A stretch of DNA of 64,000 nt from Octopus sinensis (GCF_006345805.1 NC_043017.1:5022001-5086000); one strand, 5' to 3'. Positions 1 to 13,544 are shown, numbered from the stretch's first letter. Notes: generated by a model not told the origin, from the letters alone. Translations and numbers: made by a program.

Positions 1-589
1 TCTTGTTGTTATTAACAGATGGCTTAGTCTAATTATAAAAAGCAGACATCGTTTTCACTTGCTGTACAAGAATATATTTCAACTGCAGAAATTGGAAACT
101 GTCTCGCCAACAAACTCTCTCACTCACACACCCATGCATGCATGAATATATCCTCTGAGACATCAAGGGAGTTTTTATGGCTACGATAGGGGAACCCCTT
201 TTGAAATATCAGGGGTGAATTACAATTATCCGTGATCCTGTGGGGGCACATCTGTGTTAACATATAACAAGGGTTTAATTTTGCACTACATAGGTATGTT
301 ATGCAGTGCCACTATATTTAATTAAAATATTTTAACGTATTTATTAACCATCCATTCATCTACCTATCTTCTTGATATAATTTTCATCTGTCTCGAAACC
401 GGTATGATTAATTCTTGATTTTTATAGAATTTTCATTATTAATTTTCTCGAAACCGGTATCTGATTAATTCTTGATTTTTATATAATTTTCTTCTGTCGC
501 GCCAGATTATGTTCTGGTGTTTGCTGAATTTTCTCTGGAGAACATTTTTTCTTGGTCGATAGATCATATGTGATCTTCTTCTAGCGTAT

Positions 590-1045
590 GGTTATCCACC
601 TAGTGGTTTCCCTAAAACTACACACATGTATCTTCTTCATGCATAGTTCCTTGGAGGGTAGAATCTTCATGCACCTCTTCCATATGGTCCTGTCAGAAGC
701 AACTGTCATTGTACTTTCCATCTGGATTTCCAAATGTGACTGACTGACCATCTTGTTCTTCTCACGCACAGCATACTTCCAAAGATCTCAGTCTCTAGTC
801 ATTTCCTCTGTGAGACCTAAAGGTCATGCTTCACCACCTTGTTCCAGGTTTTCCTGGGTTTACCTCTTCCACAGGTTCCCTCAACTGCTAGGGTGTGGCA
901 CTTTTTCACACAACTATCTTCATCCATTCTTGCCACATGACCAAACCAGCGCAAACGTCTCTCTTGCACACCACAACTGATGCTTCTTAGGTCCAACTTT
1001 TCTCTCAAGGTACTTACACTCTGTCGAGTATGCACACTGACATTA
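590..1045 (-). mobile_element. RTE-clade LINE, decayed 3' ORF fragment
   Basis: The minus frame reads RRLRWFGHVARMDEDSCVKKCHTLAVEGTCGRGKPRKTWNKVVKHDL*, then LTEEMTRD*DLWKYAVREK. This is the typical RTE post-RT C-terminus (RLRWFGHV..RGRPRKTW), with in-frame stops. Confidence 0.85.
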
Positions 1046-1479
1046 CATGAACACTGACATATATATATATATATATATATACACATATGTATGCATATGC
1101 ATGTGCACACACATACAGATAGACAAGGAATCTATACAACAAAATGATTACTGGTTGTTAATTAAGGTAATTGTTGCATACATTCAGATGTGTGTGCATA
1201 TACATATTTATATATAAGTATATATACACACACACGCGCGCTCACACGTATGTATGTATATATGACATTTGTTGAAGCTTATTTTTAATATCCGTTGTTC
1301 GCAAAACATAATAACCCAGTATTTAAATATTAATGATTTGTGACGTTTAAACAAGATAGGGAAATTGCTTTTTCTGTTTTTTTTCCATAAATCATTTGTC
1401 ACTTTCCAGTTATGTGAACACTGAAAATTCTATGTTAGGTTTCTTATACATTCAGCTGCATTTGTATATTGTGTGTGTG

Positions 1480-1520
<41 letters not shown>

Positions 1521-2186
1521 GTCTGTATATATGTGTTTTTGTGTGGATGTGTGAGTATATGTGTGTATGCCACCTACAGAACGGCTTTCGGTTATTGTCT
1601 GGATAACAAACTACCATGCATCAAAAGGATTCAGGGCAAAGTGCCGTATAACTATTTTTTTTTTCATATATGCATATATAGCTGAGTATACAAATATATA
1701 GATTTCTAGCTGAGTGTGGAGGTTTTAAAAGTGCACGAAGTCTCCTACATTTGAAAAGAAGCTGAAATACATGATTTTGTATTATATTACTTCTGAATGT
1801 GTGTTTGTGTGTGTTTGCAGCTGTCCATTCGCATATATATATGTCTAATTAATATATATGAGGTTATGTCATTCTGATGTTTTCTAAAAAGAATGAAATA
1901 GTGCTATGCATGATTTGTGTGCATCATTTTTGTTGCTTAATTTCAAATTCAAACTTCTAATCCTATCAAATATCATATAAAACAAATGGTTAGTTCCCTC
2001 ATACCAATAGGGGACTCCATGTACACTCACACAGACACACACACACACCACACACACACACACACACATACACACACACACACACTCACACACACACACA
2101 TACTTGATTAAAAAGATAAACTTGAATAATTTTTGATATTAGCCCAGGCCCTGTATAACTTTATGGCTCATAATCTAAAGTCATAT

Positions 2187-2546
2187 TTAGTTGAATGAAT
2201 CGAACCCAGTACTTATTTTTGTTTAAGCCTGGTACTTATTCTATCAGTCTATTTTGCTGAACTGCTAAGTTACATAGACATAAACACATTAACACTGGTT
2301 GTCAAGCAGTGGAGTGGAGACAAACATAGACACGCACACACACACACACACGATGGGCTTCTTTTGGTTCCCAAACACAGACACACAAACACACACATAT
2401 ATATATACACACACACAATAGGCTTCCGTCTACCAAATCCATTCACAAGGCTTTGGCCGGCCCGAGGCTACATTAGAAGACACTTACCCAAGTGGGACTG
2501 AACCCGGAACCATGTGGTTGGTATTCAAGCTACTTACCACACTGCA
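2187..2546 (-). mobile_element. SINE family A (tRNA-like head, internal CA/TA microsatellite)
   Basis: Reverse complement of the family A head (GGCTGTGTGGTAAG ... GGTTCAGTCCCAC) and 3' body, as seen at 38572-38955. Confidence 0.8.
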
Positions 2547-2601
2547 TCAGTGGACAGGTTTTCTCCAATTTTTTAAACCTCAATTCATTACATTTCTTTG
2601 T

Positions 2602-3090
2602 CATGTCATCATCATTGTCATCATCATCATCATCATCCTTTAACATCCATTGTCCATGCTGGCATGGGTTGGACAGTTCGACTGAAAGCTGGGGAGCTGC
2701 ACCAGTTCCAATTAGATTTGGCATGGTTTCAACAGCTGGATGCCCTTCCTAACACCAACCACACCAAGAGTGTATTGGGTGCTTTTTACCTGCCACTGGT
2801 ATGGGTATCAGTTACATAACACTAACATTGGCCCCAACTATGGCTTGACAGCTCTTCTCAAGCACAGTATATTGCCAAAGGCCTCAGACACTTAGCACTG
2901 TCTCCACGAGCCCCAACGTTCAAAGGGTGCTTTTTACATGCCACCAGCATGGATGCCAGTTACATGACCCTGGCCAGGACTATGGCCTCACTTGGTTTGA
3001 CTATTCTTCTCAAGCAAAGTGATAGTCACGTGTCACTATCACTGTGAAATCCAATGTTTGAAGGGTGCTTTTTATGTGCCACTGGAATAG
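2602..3090 (-). mobile_element. LINE 3' UTR family D (probably RTE), (ATG)n tail
   Basis: (CAT)n followed by TTTAAC.TCC..T.TCCATGCTGGCATGGGTTGGAC ... CAGCTGGATGCCCTTCCTAAC, a block repeated at 19876, 33480, 37190, 46380 and 61078. Confidence 0.7.
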
Positions 3091-3475
3091 GTGTGGAGGC
3101 ACATGGCCTAGGAGTGGAGGCACATGGCCTAGTGGTTAGAGCAGTGGACTCGCGGTCGAAGGATCATGGGTTCGAATCTCAGACTGGGCGATGTGTATGT
3201 TTATGAGCAAAACACCTAAGCTCCACACGGCTCTGGCCGAAGGTAATGGCAAACTTCTGCTGTCTCTTTCGCCACAACTTTTTCTCACTCTTTCCTCCTG
3301 CATCTTGCAGCTCACCTGCGACGGACCAGCGTCCCGTCCAGGTGGGGAACCTATATGCCAAGGAAACCGGGAAACCGACCCTTATGTGCCAGGCATGGCT
3401 CGAGAAGGAACCTATACGCCAAGGAAACCAGGAAACTGGACCGTATGAGCCAGGCATGACTCCACAAGGAACTGG
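3091..3475 (+). mobile_element. tRNA-derived SINE with V-SINE-like body
   Basis: A-box GGCCTAGTGGTTAGAGC and B-box GGGTTCGAATC. The body contains GCGACGGACCAGCGTCCCGTCCAGG, which resembles the V domain from memory. Confidence 0.65.
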
Positions 3476-4110
3476 CATATATGACACTAGCATCATCCAC
3501 AACCACAGTTTCACTTAGCTTGACAACATATGTAATATCTGAAGATGAATTTTCACCATTTTATCCCAACTTATTCTCAGTATTTTTCCTTCCACAGGTT
3601 CCATTCACTTTGAGTGTGTGGTAATTCCTTATACAGTTGTCATCCTCCATATACATCACACACACACACATACACACACACGCCATAACCACCAGCACAG
3701 CCTTTTACTTTTTCACGCTCCGTTTGTCTCCTCTTATCTCTAGTCTTCCTGTCTCTGCTTATTTGTGCTCCGTCGTTCAAGCGTATTAATGTTACACATT
3801 CAGCAGAGCATGCTTGCTTCATTTCTTTCTAGCTGTCACACGTCTTCCACATTCAGACTCCATGTCTAGCGGTCATGCAGCAGTGCACTTCATGCATAAT
3901 CAGGGAAAGAGACTAAGAACTGAACCTTGATGATTAACTGCTGTCGACATAATTAATTTGTCGCCAAAACTCGTTGCTGACTTTCATCTTGCTAACGGCA
4001 TCGTTGTATTGTACGTCTCACACTTATTCATCAACCTTAAGTTTTCTTTAGCACTCACTACCTTACCCATCTTGGAACTCTGTCAACAACTACCTGGTAG
4101 GTTTGGAGAA

Positions 4111-4335
4111 GGTCCGTGGCTTAGTGGTTAGGGGGTATTTGGCTCGTAAACACAAGGTCGCAAGTTCAATATACAGTGGCACATTATGTCCTTGAGCAAG
4201 ACACTTTATTTCACATTGCTCTAGTTCACTCAGCTGGCAAAAGTGAAAGTGAGTTGTACCTGTAATTCATAGGGGTCGCCCTTGCCATTTTTTTGTGTCC
4301 CGCTGAATTTCTCTGAGAACTACGTTAAGGGTACG
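4111..4335 (+). mobile_element. SINE family C, diverged copy
   Basis: GTGGCTTAGTGGTTAG ... CTTGAGCAAGACACTTTATTTCACATTGCTCTAGTTCACTCAGCTG, homologous to 44395-44730. Confidence 0.7.
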
Positions 4336-4455
4336 CACGTCTACTAAGTTATGGGTACTTAAACACACCAACACCAATTGACTGGCAGTGGATGGGTGGG
4401 AGTAAGACAGACACAGGCACATAAATATATATATTACATATATACATATATATAT

Positions 4456-5099
<644 letters not shown>

Positions 5100-5344
5100 G
5101 TTTGTACATGTGTTTGTTTACATTATTTAGCTTGTAACACACAAACAACTGAAGCACAATAGAACCACTTCCCCTTGTTAAATGAGATATGTGTGGCTGA
5201 GGTTCAATCCCTCTTCTCTCCAACATTTCAAACATAGTTTGTGTTTCAATGATGAGGAGGCTGGCAGGTCCGTTTGCTGGCGGCAATGTTTTATCATAGT
5301 AGGAGTGACATGTTATATCAGCGAATATTGATGACGATGATGAA

Positions 5345-6560
5345 GGTGGTGGAGGTGGTGTTGGTGGTGTTGGTGGTGGAGGTCATGAGGGTAGTGGTGG
5401 AGATGGTGATGGTGGTAATAGTGATGGAGGTGGTAGTGGTGTTGGTGGTGGAGGTCATGAGGGTAGTGGTGGAGATGGTGATGGTGGTGGTGTTGGTGGT
5501 GGTGGTGGAGGTCATGAGGGTAGTGGTGGAGATGGTAATGGTGGTAATAGTGATGGAGGTGGTGTTGGTGGTGGTGGTCATGAGGGTAGTGGTGGAGATG
5601 GTGATGGTGGTAATAGTGATGGAGGTGGTGTTGGTGGTGGTGGAGATGGTGATGGTGGTAATAGTGATGGAGGTGGTGTTGGTGGTGGTGGTCATGAGGG
5701 TAGTGGTGGAGATGGTGATGGTGGTAATAGTGATGGAGGTGGTGTTGGTGGTGGTGGTCATGAGGGTAGTGGTGGAGATGGTGATGGTGGTAATAGTGAT
5801 GGAGGTGGTGTTGGTGGTGGTGGTCATGAGGGTAGTGGTGGAGATGGTGATGGTGGTAATAGTGATGGAGGTGGTGTTGGTGGTGGTGGTCATGAGGGTA
5901 GTGGTGGAGATGGTGAGTGGTTGGTAATAGTGATGGAGGTGGTTGTTGGTGGTGGTGGTCATGAGGGTAGTGGTGAGATGGTGATGGGTGGTAATAGTGA
6001 TGGAGGTGGTGTTGGTGGTGGTGGTCATGAGGTAGTGGTGGAGATGGTGATGGGTGGTAATAGTGATGGAGGTGGTGTGGTGGTGGTGGAGATGGTGATG
6101 GTGGTAATAGTGATGGAGGTGTGTTGGTGGTGGTGGTCATGAGGGTAGTGGTGGAGATGGTGATGGTGGTAATAGTGATGGAGGTGGTGTTGGTGGTGGT
6201 TGGGATGGTTGATGGTGGTAATAGTGATGGAGGTGGTGTTGGTGGTGGTGGTCATGAGGGTTAGTGGTGGAGATGGTGATGGTGGTAATAGTGATGGAGT
6301 GGTTTGTGGTGGGGGTGGGAGATGGTGATGGTGGTAATAGTGAGGAGGTGGTGTTGGTGGTGGTGGTCATGGGGTGTGGTGGAGATGGTGATGGTGGTAA
6401 TAGTGATGGAGGTGGTAGTGGTGTTAGTGGTGTTGGTGGTGGAGGTCATGAGGGTAGTGGTGAAGATTGTGATGGTGGTTATAGTGATGGAGGTGGTAGT
6501 GGCGATGGACATTGTGGTGATCGTAGTGATGGTGAGAACGATAGTGGTGGTGATGATGGT
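5345..6560. repeat. 66-bp (22-codon) GGT-derived minisatellite, roughly 17 units
   Basis: Unit GGTGGTAATAGTGATGGAGGTGGTGTTGGTGGTGGTGGTCATGAGGGTAGTGGTGGAGATGGTGAT. Confidence 0.95.
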
Positions 6561-6939
6561 GGTGGGATGGTGATGATGATGGTGTTGTTGCAGAACTGGT
6601 TCTCGCTGCTGCTGCTGCTGCTGTCATCTGATAGTCTTCGATCTTCCTCCTCTATCAAACCTATCTATTACTGTTAATCGTCCTCCTCTGTTTCACCAGC
6701 ACGACTCCGACGAAGAGAGAGGCGGAGAGAGAGAGGGAGAGAAAGAAAGAGGGAGAGAGAGGGAGAGAGAGAGGGAGAGTCATTACTCAGATGCCACTCT
6801 CCCTCTCACCCTTCCTCTAAGCTACAACACTGACTGAAAAGGGTGAAGTGGGGTGTGTGGTGGTGGCGGCAGTGATGGTGGGGGTTGGGGGTGGAGTTTA
6901 GTATTTTTTTGCTTTGTTTTCTTTTCTTTTTTTTTCTTC

Positions 6940-7015
6940 CCTCTCAATCAAGTTCGATAGATTGAACGGTCAGTTTTTATATCCAACTGACCACTACCAC
7001 CGGCCGCATTTTAGT
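6940..7015 (-). promoter_or_regulatory. Possible core promoter of a minus-strand transcript
   Basis: TATAAAAA on - at about 6974-6981, inside an 8-bp inverted repeat (GGTCAGTT/AACTGACC). It lies upstream of a GA/CT tract and an ATG at 6627. Confidence 0.2.
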
Positions 7016-7066
7016 AGTAAATATCGTTTATAGTTGATAAATAACTACCATTAGATACAGTGTCGG

Positions 7067-7074
<8 letters not shown>

Positions 7075-7122
<48 letters not shown>

Positions 7123-7153
7123 ATATGTATGTATGTATATGTATGGTGTGTGG

Positions 7154-7188
<35 letters not shown>

Positions 7189-7400
7189 TATATACATACA
7201 GACATACATTAGATGTATTTCTATATATATATATCTGTATTATATACATATATATATATCACACACACATACTCACGTATATAATATATACATATATATA
7301 TGTATGTATATGTATGTGAGTGTGGTATATATATATATATATATGTATGTGTTTGTGGTATAATATATATATGTATATGTATGTATGTGTGTGTGGTATA

Positions 7401-7443
<43 letters not shown>

Positions 7444-8190
7444 GAGATACAGATATATATATAGATGTACATCTAATGTATGTATGTATCTAGCTTTTTC
7501 TTTAATGGATTCTGTGCATGTGTGTGATGGCATGGTATGATGCTGTAACATGGTGATGCGGTGTCGAGGTCGTTGACAAAATGTTTGACAACCAATATCG
7601 ACTACGAATTTAATGTGTTGCCCTCTCTCGTTCATTCCGTAATCTGCAGCCATCACTAACCAACACCAACACCGACATCAGCACCTACCTCTCTAACTGC
7701 TCTGACATCAATGTAAGATAGGGGTTATATCTATCGATCTAGCCATCTGCATTTGTGTGTGTGCGTGCAGGCATGTGGGCTTATATTTGAATATGTGCAT
7801 GTGTGGTGTGTCTGTGTGTGTGTGTGTGTGTATGATCATGTTTGTGTGTAGAAAAATTAGGTACAAATGAAGAAGATATGTACTCACACACACGTGTGTG
7901 TATATATATATTGTATATTTTATATAGGTATATATATTTTATATATATGATATATATATATATTATATATTTTATATATTTATATACATTTATCATTTTA
8001 TATATATTATATATTATATATTTTATATATTATATAGATTTTATAATTATATATATTATTATTTTATATATTATATATATTTATATAATTATATATATTA
8101 TTATATATTTTATATATATAATTATATATATATATATTTTATATATTATATATATTTATATATATATTGTCATTTGTATATATACATAAA
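7075..8190. repeat. (TA)n/(TG)n microsatellite blocks
   Basis: Direct reading; these blocks generate the Y/I/C/V-rich pseudo-ORFs. Confidence 0.95.
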
Positions 8191-8299
8191 TACACACTCA
8201 ACATACACACAATAAACACACACACACATGGCATGGATATCTACATAGGTAGATAGAACTGATAAGGATACACAAAGATAGAAGGCCTAGGATTAAAGG

Positions 8300-8333
<34 letters not shown>

Positions 8334-9458
8334 TTTATTTATTTATTTATTTATTTATACTGACATACATGTATGTGTGTGTGTGTGTGTGGTGTGATAG
8401 ATAATGATAGATGATTAAAGCTATGTTAAGACTAACAAGGTACAGATAGACAATGAGATGAAGGGCAAGAAGGGAGAGTGGGAGGTGGGGGCGGGGTGGG
8501 GGGACATTATATATATATAAATAGATATAAGATAGATCTCTAGATAAACTGACTGTATTTTCATTATTACTCCTGATGAATGAATGATGTAGCATGGTTG
8601 ACTGACAGACGGACTGACTGACTGACAAACGGACTGGCAACCTCACCAATATCCCCACCACCATCACCATCACCGCCACTGCCACCATCATCCACTTCAG
8701 TGCTCTCTGTGTCTTTTTCTCCTCCTCCTCCTCTTCCTCCCCTCCTCCCTCTGCTACTTGCTGATGCACTGCAATCAGGCAGGCAGACAGTCAGCCTGCT
8801 AGTCAGTCAGACCCCCCCCTTCTCTCTTCCTCCCATTCTTCTTCTCCTCCTTCTCTTCCTCCTCCTTTCCATAGTATTATGTTCTACTACAACATTTATC
8901 TTGTGTAGTCCATCCACACACTCACACACACAGAAGTCACCACACTTACTACCACACAGTACTACACACGCGTGCATATATGTATGCAGATATACGCTTA
9001 CACATATATATACACAAGAAGAAACCAGGTGATCGCAGTCAGTCGTCATCATCATCATCATCATCATCACTATAAATAATGCTATGATAAATCATAATAC
9101 TCCTGGTTTCAGCTGTTCTCCCTCTCTTTCTCCCGCTGGGTGTTTTTTTCCCCCCCAAATTAAGAAAACACGGAGAGGTGACAGTAATTCTAGATGGCAG
9201 TAACAACAATTAAACTGCGATTGCAACAACAACAACAACAACAACAACAATAATAATAATAATAATAATTAAGAATCGCTCTTAATTCCAAGCAAAAATT
9301 AAAAAGAAAAAAAAAAAGAAAAAAAAAGCACACGGGGCCCTATCTGGAGTTCTGGAATCAGTGGTGAAGGATTTGAAAAGAAAGAAGCAAACTAGTTTGT
9401 TTGTTTTTTTGTTTTTTTATATGTTCGGAATATACCATCTTCATCCAAGAGAAAAATT

Positions 9459-9556
9459 ATGGATGTTGACAATAGCAGTTTCGCCCTGGAACAAGTGAAT
9501 GGTTCGACAGATTTAGACGTACAGGATGGAAACATGTACTCCGTACAACCAGCAAC
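9459..9556 (+). CDS. First coding exon of an unidentified intron-containing gene (MDVDNSSFALEQVNGSTDLDVQDGNMYSVQPA + 2 nt, phase-2 intron)
   Basis: ATG in AAATTATGG context and 32 codons of non-repetitive, protein-like sequence. It ends at AAC|GTAAGA (strong donor); read-through gives an immediate TAA. A UTR-like unique region precedes it. Product not recognised. Confidence 0.7.
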
Positions 9557-9784
9557 GTAAGAAGCCATCCTTAATATGTATATTTTAGCTGTCTTTCAAT
9601 CTGTCTATTTTATCTGTTTATCCATCCATACATCCATCCATCTGTTTGTGAATGTATTTATTTATAAATGTCCATCAATGTATGTACCTTTAAATAGCTG
9701 GTCTACCTATCTGCTTATCTACCAATATACATATCGGTTGTTTGATTATCTGTGTCTACCAATATCTGTCTATTTAGCTGCGTG

Positions 9785-9852
<68 letters not shown>

Positions 9853-10440
9853 AGTCTATCTATCAGTCTATCTATCAGTCTATCTATCTATCTATCTATC
9901 TATATCTACCTATCTTTCTATCTATCTATCTATCTATCTATTATCTATCTATCAGTCTATCTATCTATCTGTCCATCCTAGCTATCGATGCTTGTCTGTC
10001 TTTGTGTTTACATATCCTTCTAGCTCTCAATATCTGTCTATTTGTCAATCTATCAGTGTTTATATATCTGTCTATTTATCTGTGTCTGTCTGTCTGTCTC
10101 TCCTTCTATCTGTCCATGTCTGTCTATACATCTGTCTGCTTCCCAATTTATCCCTCTGTCACATATGCCAATCCATCTACCTTCTCCATTTATCTATCTA
10201 TCTACCTATCAATCTATCCATCCATCTATCTGTCTATCTATCCATCCATCCATCCATCCATCCAACTATCTGTCTATCCATCCATCCTTCCATCCATCCA
10301 TCCATCCATCTATCCATCTGTCTATCCGTCTATCTATCTATCTATCTGTCCTTCAATGTTTGTATACCTATCTGTCTACCTAGCTCTGTCTGTCTGTCTG
10401 TCTGCTTCTCTATCCATCTATCACATACGTCAATCAATCG
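9785..10440. repeat. (TATC)n/(TCCA)n tetranucleotide array
   Basis: Direct reading; explains ORFs 9576-10562 and 9752-10627. Confidence 0.95.
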
Positions 10441-10949
10441 ACCCACCTTTCTCTCTCTGTTACTCACTTTCTCTTTCTCTCTCAACTATATATACACACA
10501 TACATACATACATACATACATGCACACAGATTCGACATTCTACTCATTCATCCATCATTTGACCGTCTCAGTTTCTTTTCACTTCATTACAATCAAGAAT
10601 TACTTGATAAATTATTTACTGTATTAACAAAGGTGGAATAAGGGATTTGTGTTATTTACTTTATCTACAACATCGTTGTATGTGTGTGCGTGTGTTTGGA
10701 AGGGTCGGTGGTGGTTTGTTGGTCTTCAAAGAGGATATGTGAGGAAGCAAGGTGTTTCTTTTCTTCTTTCTAAAACTATTATCAATTTTAATACGTATTT
10801 ATCTCCCACACTCAGTGTTGATGTGTGTGTGTATGTGTGTATGCATATGTGTGAATCCATGTAAATATATTTGTTTGTGAACATGTGTTAATCTCTCTAC
10901 ATGTGTGTGTACACAATTACATTCACTCAGCTATGTGTATTGAGTACAT

Positions 10950-11690
10950 TTTTCTGAAGCTTGCTTCTCAGCCACATGGCTCCAAGGTTCTGAGTTCAGT
11001 CCCATTCCTTGGTACCTCGGGCAAGTGTCTTCTCCTACAGCAACATGCCAACCAAAAACATCATGAGTGGATTTGGTAGATGGAAACTGAAAGAAGCCCA
11101 TAATATATATACAGTATATATATATATGTGTGTGTGTGTGTGGGTATTTCAAAAATTTAACAAAAACACAGACAAATGGAAAATTTTATAAACATCTCAA
11201 ACAGAAAATTGGTGGCTAATTTTTCATCAGTCAACATCCAAAGGATTCTTGGAATTTCATGCCTTTACATATAGGTGCTTCCTGGCACCCTCAGTCACAA
11301 TTAGTGACAACTGAATATTTTTTTTTAGTTTCATATAGCATATAACTGCCCTTGTAATTTTATATATATTTATATATATATATACATGCATTTATATCTA
11401 TGTATATATATATGTATACATGTATTTATATATATACATGCATGTGTGTTTGTGTGTGTATATAATGCGCATGTGTGTATCGTGTGTGTGTTTGTTCCTT
11501 ATCAACACTAGACAACTACTATTGGCTTGTTTACATCCTTATAACTTAGCAGTTCAGCTAGAGAGACCAATAGAATAAGTACTTGGTTTAAAAAATATTG
11601 AAAAATGCATAAGGGAATGGGTTTGACTAAATCCTTCAATGCAGTGCTCCAGTATGGCTGTAGCCCAATAACTGAAACATGTAAAAGATA
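10950..11690 (+). mobile_element. SINE family A, head (10950-11100) and 3' body (11500-11690) separated by an insertion or expanded microsatellite
   Basis: Both halves match family A in order and orientation. Confidence 0.65.
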
Positions 11691-11923
11691 AAAAAAAATT
11701 GGCCAATGTGTATGTGTGTGTGCTTGTGTATCTGTTTGTGTGTGCTTGTGTATCTGTTTGTGTGTGTGTGTGATGTATTTGTAATGTCTCAGTCTATGTG
11801 TGCGTGAGTGTGTGTGTGTTTATCACAATATCAAGGATGTTTTCGGTATATAGAAATGAAAACAGACTCTTAAAAGCTTCCGTTTATATTATGGACCAGT
11901 ATTTACACATACATAGTCATATA

Positions 11924-11966
<43 letters not shown>

Positions 11967-12109
11967 ACCACTTTGAAACAAAAACACACAGACACACACA
12001 CAATCAACACACATGCGTATGGTCGCATGTTTGTTGTTGTTGTTGTTTTTCTTTGAAAATCCGTGCACATGACTTATAAGATAACCAAAAGGAAAGGCTG
12101 TCGCATTTT

Positions 12110-12162
<53 letters not shown>

Positions 12163-13014
12163 TCACGTACACATCAAATATTAACTGTAACTTGCAAATA
12201 CATGTATACATTAATGTACGTAGCTATTTGATTATATGCCTTCATAAACACACATGTATACTATAATACATGTACTACATGAAAGTATATATACATGTAT
12301 CCATGAAAGCCATTCTTACATACAGTGCATACATACACGCATATATATATGAATATCATGCAGGCGTACATACACACACATATATACATATAAATCCTGC
12401 ATACACACACGCGCACATATATACATACATACACACATGCACACACACGTACATGAAAACCATGCATTCATTCATACATACATACAAACATACATACATG
12501 AAAATTGTGCATACATACACACATGCATCAAAATCATGCATGAAAACCATTCACACATCCATTGCATACATGCACACATATATACATGAAAATTATATAT
12601 ATGTACATATATATACACATGAAAACCATTTATAGATACAGTACATAGATAGACACATACATACATGAAAATCATACATATAGTCAGCATAAATCTACAT
12701 ATATATAGAGACAAACATATATATACACACACACTTATACATTCACATATACACATAAGCTTATTAAATTATAATGTACCATGTAAATTCGCACATGAAA
12801 AACATACATACACATATACACATAAAGGATACATTTGTACATAAAAATATATATGTGTATATACATATGTATATTAATACATACACACATATACAATCAT
12901 GTACACACACGTGGATCAAGAACAAATTATTCACAATTATGCAAGCACCTCTACCCCATATATATGATGGTGATGATGTTGTTGATGATGATGATATATA
13001 TATATATATATCTA

Positions 13015-13220
13015 CAGGGTGGCCCAAAAGTAGGTTTACAGTTATCACATAAGCACTTTAAATGAAAGCATTTTATAACATTGAAATTTCTATCTTACAA
13101 TTAACTAAATTTGCATAGAATAATCGGTTCGTATTTTTTTATAATTAAGATCTAAACTGTTAATTTATGAATGTGAAAGTGAAAGTAGAATAACTGTAAA
13201 CCTACTTTTGGGCCACCCTG
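13015..13220. mobile_element. Tc1/mariner-type MITE with perfect 31-bp TIRs
   Basis: CAGGGTGGCCCAAAAGTAGGTTTACAGTTAT (13015-13045) and its exact reverse complement (13190-13220), with TA on the left flank. A related TIR fragment lies at about 15356 and 17067. Confidence 0.9.
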
Positions 13221-13544
13221 TGTACACATACACACACATATATATATATAATCAGTCAGTCATCATTCTGAAAAGAAGCAGAATCTTAAACATTAGAGCA
13301 GTAATATTTAGAAGGTTGTTTGTTATGGCCAGTGGTCAGAGTGTGACCATTGATTTCACACCTATAAAGCGCTTACCTGTACAGGTGACTCGTCAGACTC
13401 AAATAGTTGAAAGCACTAGAGAGATTATATGCCTCCAGCGAATTGAGTCTAACAGGTCGCTTATACAGCTAAGTGAAACCAATGGTCACTCTCTGACTGG
13501 CTAGTACAGTTAACATTTTAAAATCTATTTAAAAGTCTATTTAT

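Noticed and set aside
392-470. CTCGAAACCGGTA twice (55-bp tandem duplication), like the 3' half of a hammerhead
   Set aside because: No CTGANGA core or stem II upstream; at most a deleted remnant.
3110-3185. tRNA-like sequences at SINE heads (also 44395 and 61900-61975)
   Set aside because: A and B boxes are present, but there is no acceptor stem and they continue into SINE bodies, so they are not tRNA genes.
9421-9498. The uORF starts MFGI, like COE/EBF proteins
   Set aside because: It has an in-frame TGA at codon 26 and no KEEP or RTWMQ-like residues in any frame.
9576-10627. Long ORFs of 328 and 291 aa right after exon 1
   Set aside because: They are driven by the (TATC)n array and lie downstream of a strong donor, so they are intronic.
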